Below, one piece after another: positions 51,229 through 60,595 of a DNA stretch of 64,000 nt. The notes beneath the pieces were generated by a model. That model worked only from the letters and a program-made list of their open reading frames with translations. It did not search any database and had not been told where the DNA came from. The first letter of the stretch is position 1; each line of letters starts with the position of its first letter. The position numbers were made by a program, and so were the translations under genes. The DNA comes from an uncultured delta proteobacterium (GTDB taxonomy: Bacteria > Myxococcota_A > Polyangia > Polyangiales > Polyangiaceae). Location: NCBI GenBank assembly GCA_963782055.1, contig CAWAIF010000003.1, positions 768,001 to 832,000 of the forward strand, in the 5' to 3' direction.

Positions 51229-54017
51229 TTCTTCTTCTTCGGCGGCGGGCGGGGCTTCGGTGGCTTGAGACCCAGCGCGTCGCCTGCGGCGCGCACGTCG
51301 GGATCCACGAGGCCGGCCTCGTAGAGGGCCTTGACGTAATCCGCGCCGCGGTGGCGGTCCTTCATCGCGCCGAGCGCCATGGCGGCGATGATGCGCGCCG
51401 GGACGGGCGCGAGCTCCGGCGGCGGGTCGACGCTCGCCGTCTTGCCGCGCGCGTCCTCCACCTTGCCGGCGGAGGCGGACGCGTACGCGCCGAGCCACGC
51501 CTGCATCGGGCCGAGCACCAGCGGGTACTTGGCCAGCAGCGGCTTGACCTCGCGCGTCTGGTTGCGCGCCACGAGGACGAAGACGCGCTCGGCGAGCACG
51601 CGCGTGGTGACCGTGCCCTCCAGCGCGGTCTGGCTGAGCTTGTCGGCGTCGTCCAGCTTGCCGTCGAAGCGGGCGAGGCGCGAGAGGCGGAGCGCGCGCA
51701 GTGGCTTGTCTTCCGTCCCCTTCCACGACTCGGCGATCTTGTGGGCGGTGTCGAGGTCGCCGGTGTCCATCGCGGCGTCCATCGCGACGAAATCGCTCCA
51801 CGGCGCGTCGTCGCCCGCGATCTCCGTCAGCCTGTCGGCGTCCAGCTTCTCGCGACCGCTGAGTACGTCCTGCGCGGTGGTGAGCGAGGAGAGGAAGGGG
51901 AGCTTGCGCTCGTCGGCGGGCACCGCCTCCAGCGCGCCGCCCAGCGCCGTGGCGTCGATGCGCTCGTACGCGGCCGCGGCGCGCACCACGGCGACGTCGG
52001 GGGAGTTGGCGTCCAGGTCCTCGGTGGCCTTGAGGGCCTCGTCCAGGCGATCGGCGAGGAGGGCGACGCGCGCGGCGAGCACGCGCGCGGGCGGGTAGAC
52101 CGCGGAGAAGGCGACCGCGGCCAGCGCGGCCTTGCGGGCGAGCGCCTCGTCGCCGGTGGACAGGGCGATGGCGCCGAGCCAGGACGCGACCCCCGGGCCG
52201 TCGGCGACCGCGAGGCCCTTCTTCACCTCCGCCTTGGTGGTCTCGTAGTCGTGCTTGTCGGAGGCCTGCAGGGCGAGCAGCGCGTGCGGCACGACGCGGA
52301 GGCCCACCGGCAGGTCCTGCTCCTTCGTCGTGATGGCCTGCGCGATCTCCGGCGGTGGGTCCCCGCGCTCCGGGTCGCGCGCCCACGCGAGGCCGACGAG
52401 CGCCTGGCCCTCGACGCGGTTCGGCCACTTGGCGCGGAACGCCTTCGCGAGCTGCATGGCCTTCTGCGGATCCCCGTCGATGGCGGTCACGCGCGCGAGA
52501 CCGATCTGCGCGACGACCAGATCGGGGTCGAGCTTCGTCGCCGCCTCGTAGCGGCCGGCCGCGCGCGGATCGCCCGCGCGCTCCAGCGCGGCGCCGGTCA
52601 TCAGCTGGTACCAGGGATCCTTCTGCGCGGGGCCGTCCCACTTGGAGAGCAGGCCGGCGGCGCCGACGGTGTCGCCCTGGAAGAGGAAGGAGGCGATCTG
52701 CGCGAAGGCGATGAGCTCCTCCTTCACCTTCACGTCGTGCGCGCGCTTGATGCCCCCCTCGAAGGCCACGTCGCCGCCGCCGTTGAGCAGTCCGGTGAGC
52801 GCGCGCTCGCGCAGCCAGTCGACGGCGGCGCGGTCGGAGCGCGAGTCCAGCTCGAAGACGGAGGAGAACTCCTTCTCCACGTTGGGCAGCAGCGAGGCCT
52901 GCCCCTTGCGCATGTCGGTCTCGATGCTGCCGAGCGTGGCCTCCGCCTGGGTGTGCGCCTTCTCCCGCTGCTTCTGGACGTAGAAGAAGCCGCCGATGCC
53001 GCCGCCGACGAAGAGCATCGTCAGGGCGAGCAGGGGGAGGGTGCCGCGCCGCTTGGTCCGACCCGGGCGGTCCCAGTGGACCGGCATCGGCACGCCGGTG
53101 GGGTTCTCGAAGACGCCGGCGAGGGAGAGGGCATCGAGGACATCGCGCGCATCGGGCACCTCGGGGGAGGCGGCGGTGCGGAAGGGGGAGGGGGCGGGCG
53201 CGCCGTCGCGCGGGCCGAGGTCGACGGGGGCGGAGGGCATCTCCACCGCGGCCGCGGGCGAGGCGAGCGGGCGGAACTGCTCCTGCGTCTCGGCGTTGAC
53301 GGGGTACTTGCGCGCGTCGGGGACGAGCAGCGGCTCGCTCGCGGGCTTCGGCATCGGGGGCGGCGCCTTGGCCGCGAGAGGCGGAGGCAGGATCTCCGCG
53401 CCGGCGAGGGGGGGCGGGACCGACGGAGGCCGCGGGGGCGCCAGCGGCGGGGGGATGGTGGGCACCTTCGGCGGTGGCGGCAGCGACGCCGGCACGCTGC
53501 GTACGGCTGTCTCCTCGTCGCTGAAGGACTCCATGCGCGAGCGCGCGGGCGCCTCCAGCGGGGCGACGCGCGCCACCTCCGCCGCGACGGCGCGCGCCCC
53601 GGCCTTGGTCTGCGTCGCCCGGAAGACCTTGGCGCGCTCCATCCAGGTGCGGCTCTCCTCGTCGTTGACGCCGAACTGCAGCGCCCGCTCGAAGACCTTC
53701 TCCGCCCGCTCGGCGTCGCCGCGGCGCAGGAGCACCTCCCCGAGCACGCGGTAGATCATGCCCTCCCGGGGGGAGATCTTGCCGGCCGCCACCAGGATGC
53801 TCTGGGCGTCGCCGAGCTTCTGCGCGCTCATGTACATGCGCGCCACGGCGAGGAGCACCGGGACGTTGGAGGAGTACTTCGCCTGCGCGAAATCGGCCAC
53901 CTGCTGGACGAGAGTCGTCCGCACCGACCCGTGCAGTGCGTCGCACAAGGCGATGGTGGCGCCCGGGTCCTGGGACTTCTTCCAGCGCTGAGCGAGATCG
54001 TCGATCGAATCGGGCAT
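51225..54017 (-). CDS. TPR-repeat single-pass membrane protein with a Pro-rich linker, 930 aa
   Basis: N-terminal TPRs, Pro-rich segment, one TM, C-terminal helical repeats; ATGA overlap with the downstream gene. Confidence 0.8.
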   Translation of the reverse strand: MPDSIDDLAQRWKKSQDPGATIALCDALHGSVRTTLVQQVADFAQAKYSSNVPVLLAVARMYMSAQKLGDAQSILVAAGKISPREGMIYRVLGEVLLRRGDAERAEKVFERALQFGVNDEESRTWMERAKVFRATQTKAGARAVAAEVARVAPLEAPARSRMESFSDEETAVRSVPASLPPPPKVPTIPPPLAPPRPPSVPPPLAGAEILPPPLAAKAPPPMPKPASEPLLVPDARKYPVNAETQEQFRPLASPAAAVEMPSAPVDLGPRDGAPAPSPFRTAASPEVPDARDVLDALSLAGVFENPTGVPMPVHWDRPGRTKRRGTLPLLALTMLFVGGGIGGFFYVQKQREKAHTQAEATLGSIETDMRKGQASLLPNVEKEFSSVFELDSRSDRAAVDWLRERALTGLLNGGGDVAFEGGIKRAHDVKVKEELIAFAQIASFLFQGDTVGAAGLLSKWDGPAQKDPWYQLMTGAALERAGDPRAAGRYEAATKLDPDLVVAQIGLARVTAIDGDPQKAMQLAKAFRAKWPNRVEGQALVGLAWARDPERGDPPPEIAQAITTKEQDLPVGLRVVPHALLALQASDKHDYETTKAEVKKGLAVADGPGVASWLGAIALSTGDEALARKAALAAVAFSAVYPPARVLAARVALLADRLDEALKATEDLDANSPDVAVVRAAAAYERIDATALGGALEAVPADERKLPFLSSLTTAQDVLSGREKLDADRLTEIAGDDAPWSDFVAMDAAMDTGDLDTAHKIAESWKGTEDKPLRALRLSRLARFDGKLDDADKLSQTALEGTVTTRVLAERVFVLVARNQTREVKPLLAKYPLVLGPMQAWLGAYASASAGKVEDARGKTASVDPPPELAPVPARIIAAMALGAMKDRHRGADYVKALYEAGLVDPDVRAAGDALGLKPPKPRPPPKKKK

Positions 54018-54144
54018 CAGGGAAACGGACCGAACGATAGCAGGCAGAGTGGGGCGCTGGAACCGGGTATGCGCGCAAGTGCTGTTCGAGCTCGTCCTTG
54101 GAGGCGGCCTTTACCCCGGCCCTCCCGCGCGCTAGCACTAGGGC

Positions 54145-54612
54145 GTGGGCACGCGCTCGAAGTCGAAGGGCAAGGCCGCCAAGGCGTCCAGCGTCGCTGA
54201 GCTGCAGGGCATCCTCCGCGGCGCCGGTCTGCGCAGCACGGCGCCGCGTATTGCCGTGCTGCGGTACCTGCAGGCGGCCGCAGCCCCCGTCAGCCACCCC
54301 GAGATCTTCGAGGCGCTGGCCGGGGAGGGCTTCGACCGCGCCACTCTCTACCGCAACCTGATGGACCTCACCGACGCCGGCCTGGTGCGCCGCACCGACC
54401 TCGGCGACCACGTCTGGCGCTTCGAGCTGCGGGGCGAAGAGCAGGCGGGGCACGTCGTCGAGCACCCCCACTTCGTCTGCACCGACTGCGGCGAGGTGTC
54501 CTGCCTCCCCGGCGTGGCGGTCAAGATCGTCACGCACGGCGACGCGCCCGAGTCGGTGTCCTCGCAGCGGGTGGCGGTGCAGCTGAGCGGTCGTTGCAAC
54601 GCGTGTGCGTGA
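54145..54612 (+). CDS. Fur-family transcriptional regulator (Zur/Fur-like)
   Basis: GLRST.PR, ATLYRNL, HPHFVCTDCG, G.CNAC. Confidence 0.92.
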   Translation: MGTRSKSKGKAAKASSVAELQGILRGAGLRSTAPRIAVLRYLQAAAAPVSHPEIFEALAGEGFDRATLYRNLMDLTDAGLVRRTDLGDHVWRFELRGEEQAGHVVEHPHFVCTDCGEVSCLPGVAVKIVTHGDAPESVSSQRVAVQLSGRCNACA

Positions 54613-54671
54613 ACCGCCGAAGGTGAGCCTGTAGCCGTCCTCTCAGGGAGACGGTTGCCCGCGGGATGCTC

Positions 54672-54688
54672 TTCCAACGGAGTTGCGA
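54672..54688 (+). promoter_or_regulatory. Possible Fur/Zur-family operator
   Basis: CAAC-GGA-GTTG inverted repeat overlapping the receptor RBS. Confidence 0.35.
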
Positions 54689-57243
54689 TGACGCTAAGAG
54701 TGCAGCTCGTGAGGGCGCCGCTCCGTCATGCATGGCCGCTTGGACTCGCCCTGGCGCTCGCCGCGGGGCCCGCGCTGGCCCAGCCCGAGACCCGCGAGAT
54801 CACCCACCCGGTGGCGATCCACGCCGGCCCCGCGGTCTACCCGCCGGAGATGGTGTCCTCCGGGAAGCACGCCGACGTGGTGCTCTTCGTCACGCTGAAC
54901 GCGGAGGGCAAGATCCGCGACGTGAGCCTCGCCGAATCGGGCGGCCCCGCCTTCGACGAGGCGGCGATGGAGGCGGTGCGCAAGTGGACCTTCTCCCCGG
55001 CCACCGTGGACGGCAAGCCGGTGCCCGCGCGCATCAAGGTGCCCTTCCACTTCGCGCCGCCCGCGCCGCCATCCGCGCCCACGCCGGGGCCCGTCAAGCC
55101 GCCCCCCGTCAAGCCGCCGCCCGCCGCCAAGCAGCCGCCCGCGCCGGCGGAGGAGCTGCCCCCGCAGCCCATCGAGGAGGTGCACGTGCTCGGGCGCACG
55201 CATCTGCCCAAGCGCGGCGGCGGCGACTTCGACATGCCCATCGGCCACCTGGCCGCGGTGCCGCACCGGGACGCGGGCAAGATGCTCGAGAGCATCCCCG
55301 GGGTCTACGTCGGCAACGAGGGCGGCGAGGGCCACCCTTACCAGATCGTCATGCGAGGCTTCGACTCGCAGGAGGGCCTGGCGGTGGAGACGACGCTCGA
55401 CGGCATCCCGCTCAACGAGGTGGGCAACCCCCACGGCAACGGCCTGGTCGACGAGCACTTCATCATCCCCGAGCTCGTCATCAACCTGCGCGCGCTGGAG
55501 GGGCCGTTCGCGCCGCAGCAGGGCAACTTCGCCGTGGCCGGGTCGATCCTCTACGACGTCGGCCTGGAGCGCACCGGGCTGAACGTCTCCGGCACCTACG
55601 GGTCCTTCAACACGCGCCGGCTCCTGCTCACCTACCGGCCGCAGGGCTGCACCGACCGCACCTTCGGCGGCGTCGAGCTCTACGGCACCGACGGCTACGG
55701 ACAGAACCGCGCGGCCAACCGCGCCACCGCGATGGCCGGCTACGAGTGGCACATGGGCCGCTACGGCTACCTGCGCGTGCTCGGCACCTCGTACACCGCG
55801 CACTACCAGCAGGCTGGCGTGGTGCGGCGGGACGACGTGAACGCCGGCCGCGTCGGCTTCTTCGACACCTACGACCCGTCGCAGGGCGGCGACTCCACGC
55901 GGCACTCAGTAGGCATCACCTTCGGCGATCGCTTCGGCGCCACGCGCATCACCCAGTCGGCCTTCTTCACGTACCGCGAGTTCGGCCTGCGCGCCAACGA
56001 GACCGGCTTCGTCGAGGACGTGCAGCAGCCGTGGCAGTCGGCGCACGCGCAGCGCGGCGACCTGACCGACCAGCACGACACCACCTTCACCGTCGGCGGA
56101 CGCGGGGCCGCGCGCTACCGGTGGAAGGCGCTCGGCTCGCGCCAGGAGGTGGAGCTCGGCTATCTGGCGCGCTTCGACGCGGTGGACTCGCTGGTGCAGC
56201 GCGACCGCTTCGGGACCAACGTGCCGTACCTCACGGACTTCAGCCTGGCCTCGTCCATCAGCAACATCGGCGTCTACGTCGACGCCAACCTCAAGCCCAC
56301 GCGGTGGATCACCGTCCGGGGCGGTGCACGCGGGGAGCTGTACGACTACGTCGTGCGCGACCGGTGCGCGGTGCCGCAGCCGCCCGCGGGCGTGACCGGT
56401 CCGCCCGACACCGAGTGCTTCTCGGTGGACGAGCAGGGCTACCGCAACCCGCAGCAGACCACGTCGGAGCAGGCGGGGGCCTTCCTGCCACGCGGCACGG
56501 TCATGCTCGGACCGTGGCGGGGCTTCACCTTCAGCGGCAGCGTGGGCGCCGGGACGCGTAGCCTGGATCCCTTGTATATTGCACAGACCGCCGACGCCAC
56601 GCCGCCGGAGATCATCGCCTACGAGGGCGGCGTCAGCTACCAGCGGCCCATCGGCAGCGTCGACCTCACCGCGCGCTCGGTCTTCTTCGTCACGCACGTG
56701 GACAAGGACGTGCTCTTCGACCAGGCGGAGAACCGCATCACCGAATCGACGGCGACGACGCGGTCCGGGTGGACGGGCGCGGTGCGCGCGACGGGCGCCT
56801 TCTTCGACGTCTCCGCGAGCGCCACCTTCGCGCGCTCGACCTTCGACCTCGACCACACGCTCGTGCCCTACGTACCGCCGGCGCTCCTGCGTCTGGACGG
56901 CGCGCTCTTCCGCTCGCTCTTTCCCATCGCGCACCACCGGCTGGAGGGGCGCGTCGGCCTGGGCGTCTCCTACGCCGCGTCGCGCCCTCTGCCCGAGGAC
57001 ACCTGGTCGGATCCCGTCGGTCTGGTCGACCTCGGCGCGTCCCTCACCTGGCGCGGCTTCACGCTGAGCGGTCAGCTCACCAACCTGCTCGACACGCAGT
57101 ACAAGAGCAGCGAGGACACCTACGCCTCCGACTTCCACACGCAGGCGCAGCCCACCACCGCGCCGGCGCGCCACTTCGTGGCCGGCATGCCGCGGGCCAT
57201 CTTCGGAACGCTCAGCTACACCTTCGGCGGCGGACCGACCTGA
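54688..57243 (+). CDS. TonB-dependent receptor with an N-terminal TonB C-terminal domain
   Basis: Signal; YP..FDEAA.EAVRKW.F.PA TonB_C; plug RGFD..DGIPLN, GPF...QGNFAVAGS; barrel NLLD..Y, G.PR. Confidence 0.9.
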   Translation: MTLRVQLVRAPLRHAWPLGLALALAAGPALAQPETREITHPVAIHAGPAVYPPEMVSSGKHADVVLFVTLNAEGKIRDVSLAESGGPAFDEAAMEAVRKWTFSPATVDGKPVPARIKVPFHFAPPAPPSAPTPGPVKPPPVKPPPAAKQPPAPAEELPPQPIEEVHVLGRTHLPKRGGGDFDMPIGHLAAVPHRDAGKMLESIPGVYVGNEGGEGHPYQIVMRGFDSQEGLAVETTLDGIPLNEVGNPHGNGLVDEHFIIPELVINLRALEGPFAPQQGNFAVAGSILYDVGLERTGLNVSGTYGSFNTRRLLLTYRPQGCTDRTFGGVELYGTDGYGQNRAANRATAMAGYEWHMGRYGYLRVLGTSYTAHYQQAGVVRRDDVNAGRVGFFDTYDPSQGGDSTRHSVGITFGDRFGATRITQSAFFTYREFGLRANETGFVEDVQQPWQSAHAQRGDLTDQHDTTFTVGGRGAARYRWKALGSRQEVELGYLARFDAVDSLVQRDRFGTNVPYLTDFSLASSISNIGVYVDANLKPTRWITVRGGARGELYDYVVRDRCAVPQPPAGVTGPPDTECFSVDEQGYRNPQQTTSEQAGAFLPRGTVMLGPWRGFTFSGSVGAGTRSLDPLYIAQTADATPPEIIAYEGGVSYQRPIGSVDLTARSVFFVTHVDKDVLFDQAENRITESTATTRSGWTGAVRATGAFFDVSASATFARSTFDLDHTLVPYVPPALLRLDGALFRSLFPIAHHRLEGRVGLGVSYAASRPLPEDTWSDPVGLVDLGASLTWRGFTLSGQLTNLLDTQYKSSEDTYASDFHTQAQPTTAPARHFVAGMPRAIFGTLSYTFGGGPT

Positions 57244-57292
57244 CCGCGAGCGCGCCGGCGGCGTGATCGCAACGGACCCCTGACGTCCCGTC

Positions 57293-57490
57293 TCACTCGA
57301 CCTTCGTCTCCTGCCCGGCCTCCAGCGTGTAGCGCATCCACTCGGTGAGGGAGATGCGGCCCTTGCTCTTGCAGACGGGACACACGCCCTCCGGTCCCTC
57401 GCCGGTCCAGACGATGCCGTCGATGCAACGCGGCACCGGGCAAAGACGCGTGAGGTCGATGCGCGTGCTCGACTTGCGTTTGGTGATCAT
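57293..57490 (-). CDS. Small DnaJ-type zinc-finger protein, 65 aa
   Basis: CPVPRCIDG and CPVCKSKG pairs; sigma54 site just upstream supports this start. Confidence 0.6.
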   Translation of the reverse strand: MITKRKSSTRIDLTRLCPVPRCIDGIVWTGEGPEGVCPVCKSKGRISLTEWMRYTLEAGQETKVE

Positions 57491-57506
57491 GCGCCGCCCG
57501 TGGTCC

Positions 57507-57522
57507 AGCAACGTACGTGCCG
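57507..57522 (-). promoter_or_regulatory. Sigma54 (-24/-12) promoter
   Basis: CGGCACG-TACG-TTGCT, close to the consensus. Confidence 0.6.
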
Positions 57523-57619
57523 CCGTGGTGACACGGCGAGCAGGCCATGGCGTGCCGCGTCAACGTGACAAAATGCATCGGGCGGCTCGAGCGTCGTAGC
57601 GCTTTGCCACAAGCGCGCC

Positions 57620-58591
57620 TCACGCGGGCGCGCCGGGCAGGGGCACCGCGTCGAGGGGGACGACGCCCAGCTCCGCGCGCACCTGCTCCACCGGACGCGT
57701 CCACTCGGCGCGGAAGTCCCAGTCGGTCGAGATGTCCCTCTTGATCAGGGCGCCGCGCGCGTGATGGCGCACGAACCGGCGCACGTCGATTTGGTGCGCG
57801 ACGCCCGGGGCGAACGGGGAGATGCGCAGGCCGATCTGGAACTGGAGGGCGACGGTGAAGAGCCAGAAGAAGGGGTCCTCCCGCCGGAAGCCGGCCATGA
57901 AGGCCACCACCTCCGCCTCGCCCGTCGGCGTGATGGGGTAGCCGCCGAGGACGTGCAGCATGTCGTGCCAGACCCCGCGCTCGCCGATGCCGCCTCGCTC
58001 TCCGGGAAAGCCGAGGTCGTTGTGCACGACGAAGTCCCAGTAGGCGCGGCCGAGCGTCCCCTGCGCCAGCTTGCCCAGGTCGTTGTAGCGGCGCGCGAGC
58101 TCGGGGTCGGTCGCCAGCCCGAGCAGCGGGCCGAAGGTGCGATAGAGACCGCGCGCGCCCTCCTCGTGCGCCGTGCGCAGCAGCTCGTCGCGCGCGTAGC
58201 CCCTGCGCGTGAGGTCCCACTTCATCGCCTCGACGTGCCCGTGCGCGAGCTGCGTCAGGTTCTTCACGCGAGGGTCGGCCACCTGCAGCGCGCCGGCCAG
58301 CTCGCCCACCACCGTCGCTTCCACGTCGAGGACCTCGCCGTCGATCACCGCCATGAGAATGGCGGCCTGAACGACGTGCTCGCGCTCGGTCGCGTCCAGC
58401 CCCAGCGCCGCCAGCTCCGCGCCGCGCACCGGCGTCAGGGCGTCCAGGTCGGTGGAGAGCCCGAGGGCGTCGCGCGCCGTCTCTAGCAGCTCGCGCTCCT
58501 CGACGGTCACGTCGCCGTCGGCCACGCAGACGGTGTGCATCGCCCGCAGCAGCAGGGTGCCGTGATCCGCCGCCACGTCGAAGAGGAACAT
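57620..58591 (-). CDS. TerB-like N-domain fused to a Coq4-like C-domain
   Basis: V..ADG.V..EE and DGEV..E (TerB-like); GTLGRAY, HDMLHVLGGY..TP.GE (Coq4 HDxxH..E). Confidence 0.7.
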   Translation of the reverse strand: MFLFDVAADHGTLLLRAMHTVCVADGDVTVEERELLETARDALGLSTDLDALTPVRGAELAALGLDATEREHVVQAAILMAVIDGEVLDVEATVVGELAGALQVADPRVKNLTQLAHGHVEAMKWDLTRRGYARDELLRTAHEEGARGLYRTFGPLLGLATDPELARRYNDLGKLAQGTLGRAYWDFVVHNDLGFPGERGGIGERGVWHDMLHVLGGYPITPTGEAEVVAFMAGFRREDPFFWLFTVALQFQIGLRISPFAPGVAHQIDVRRFVRHHARGALIKRDISTDWDFRAEWTRPVEQVRAELGVVPLDAVPLPGAPA

Positions 58592-58692
58592 GCGCCGTAG
58601 GGTAGCTCTGCCGGACGCCCGAGAGAACGCCGCGATGCGCCGGCGGTGGTGGTAGGGCCCGGTGCCCCGCGCATCGGCTACACTGCGCGGCG

Positions 58693-60588
58693 ATGACGCT
58701 GCCGCCGGAGCTCGAGAAGACGGTGCGTGCGGGGATGGAGACCCTCTCCGACCTCGCCGCCACCATCGTCAAGAACCCGCGCGCCACCATCGTCCCGGTC
58801 GAGACCTCGCCCCGCAGCGGGCGCCGGGCCCTCGCCGCCCTGCGCGGCCTGAAGCGCGACCCGGCGTCGCTCCAGCTCGAGTCGGTGCTGGGGGAGGGCG
58901 GCATGGGCATCGTCCACCTCGCGCGGCAAGTGGCGCTGGACCGCCGCGTCGCCGTCAAGACGCTCCGCCCGCAGCACGTCAGCAGCGAGAACGTGGAGAG
59001 CCTGCTGGGCGAGGCGTGGCTCGCCGGATTGCTGGAGCACCCCAACGTGGTCCCTGTCTACGACCTGGGGCTGGACAAGAACGGCGTCCCGGTGCTGGTG
59101 ATGAAGCGCATCGAGGGGGATGCCTGGTGTGATCTGCTCGCCGACGACGCCGTCGCGCGGCGCCACGCGCTGGAGCGCGACCTGCTCGAGTTCCACGTCC
59201 AGGTGCTCATCCAGGTCTGCAACGCCGTGCACTTCGCGCACTCGCGCGGGGTGGTGCACCGCGATCTGAAGCCGGACAACGTGATGATCGGTCACTTCGG
59301 CGAGGTGTACGTCGTCGACTGGGGCATCGCCGCGGCGCCCGGGCCGGTGCGCCACATGGCGGGCACCCCGGCGTACATGGCGCCGGAGATGCTCGGCGCC
59401 TCCGCGAGCGACGAGGTCACCGCCCGCACCGATGTCTACCTGCTGGGCGCGGTGCTCTACGAGGTGCTCGCCCGTCGCACGCCGCACGCGCCCGGCGACA
59501 TGCGCGCCATCGTCTCGAGCATCCTGCTCTCCCAGCCGGACGTCCCCGCGGACGCCCCGGAGGAGCTCGCCGATCTGGTGCGCGCGTGCATGAGCCGCGA
59601 CCCGGCGAGCCGCCCCCAGAGCGCGCTCGAGGTCCGCAAGCTGCTGGAGCGGTTCGTCGAGCACCGCGGGTCCATGGCGCTCGCCGCGCAATCGGAGGAG
59701 CGCTTGCGGGAGCTGAGCGAGCTCCTGCACGCGGAGAAGAAGGACATGATGCGCCTGTACAACGCGTACGGCGAGTGCCGCTTCGGCTTCCGGCAGGCGC
59801 TGCGCTCCTGGCCGGAGAACGCGCGGGCGAAGGAGGGGCTGCGCGAGGCGGTGTCGGCGATGCTGCGCTTCGAGGCAGAGCAAGGGGACGCGCGCGCGGC
59901 GTCGCTCCTTCTCGCCGATCTCGACGAGAAGCACCCCGACCTCGAGGCGCTGGTGGAGGTCGCGCGCCGGCGCGCCGAGCAGGAGCAGAAGAAGATCGAG
60001 GAGCTCCGCGCGCTGGAGAAGCAGCTCGACCCGCGCACCGGGCGCCAGACACGCCTGGCGATGGGCTTGCTGCTCGCCGTCCTCTGGACCGTCGCGCCGC
60101 TCTTCGGGCCGTGGGTCGTGAGCACCCACCCGCGGTACGAGGGGATCATCAGCGTGCCGATGGCGCTGCTCTCGGTGCTCATCGTCGTCGTGGGGACGCT
60201 CACCCGGCCGCGCTCGACGCCGCTCAACCGACAGCTCAATCGTGTCCTCATCTTCTGCATGCTCACGCAGGCGGGCGGGCTGCTCGCCGCGCACTGGCTG
60301 GGCCTGCCCCCCCACGAGACCATCTTCGGCCTGCTCGCCCTCTGGTTCGTGTGCATGGGCGTCGTCGCCGCCACGGTGGACCGGCGCGTGGGCATCGCCG
60401 CCGGCGCGTACCTGGTGGCGCTCGGCCTCGCGCTGCGGTGGCCGGAGATCCGCTACACCTTCGTCGCCGCGGCGAACCTGGTGGTCGTCTTCACGGTGGC
60501 CTTCATCTGGTCGCGCCGTGGCACCGAGCTGGAGATGGAGGCACAGAAGCGGGCATCGAGTGCCCACTTCGCGCGGTTTCGACTATAG
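58693..60588 (+). CDS. Membrane Ser/Thr protein kinase
   Basis: LGEGGMG.V, VAVK, HRDLKPDN, DWG, GTPAYMAPE; several C-terminal TM helices. Confidence 0.93.
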   Translation: MTLPPELEKTVRAGMETLSDLAATIVKNPRATIVPVETSPRSGRRALAALRGLKRDPASLQLESVLGEGGMGIVHLARQVALDRRVAVKTLRPQHVSSENVESLLGEAWLAGLLEHPNVVPVYDLGLDKNGVPVLVMKRIEGDAWCDLLADDAVARRHALERDLLEFHVQVLIQVCNAVHFAHSRGVVHRDLKPDNVMIGHFGEVYVVDWGIAAAPGPVRHMAGTPAYMAPEMLGASASDEVTARTDVYLLGAVLYEVLARRTPHAPGDMRAIVSSILLSQPDVPADAPEELADLVRACMSRDPASRPQSALEVRKLLERFVEHRGSMALAAQSEERLRELSELLHAEKKDMMRLYNAYGECRFGFRQALRSWPENARAKEGLREAVSAMLRFEAEQGDARAASLLLADLDEKHPDLEALVEVARRRAEQEQKKIEELRALEKQLDPRTGRQTRLAMGLLLAVLWTVAPLFGPWVVSTHPRYEGIISVPMALLSVLIVVVGTLTRPRSTPLNRQLNRVLIFCMLTQAGGLLAAHWLGLPPHETIFGLLALWFVCMGVVAATVDRRVGIAAGAYLVALGLALRWPEIRYTFVAAANLVVVFTVAFIWSRRGTELEMEAQKRASSAHFARFRL

Positions 60589-60595
60589 GTCGCGC

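Noticed and set aside
59310..59330. DWG instead of DFG in the kinase as a sign of a pseudokinase
   Set aside because: Catalytic Lys, HRD and Asp are intact; DWG is a common bacterial variant
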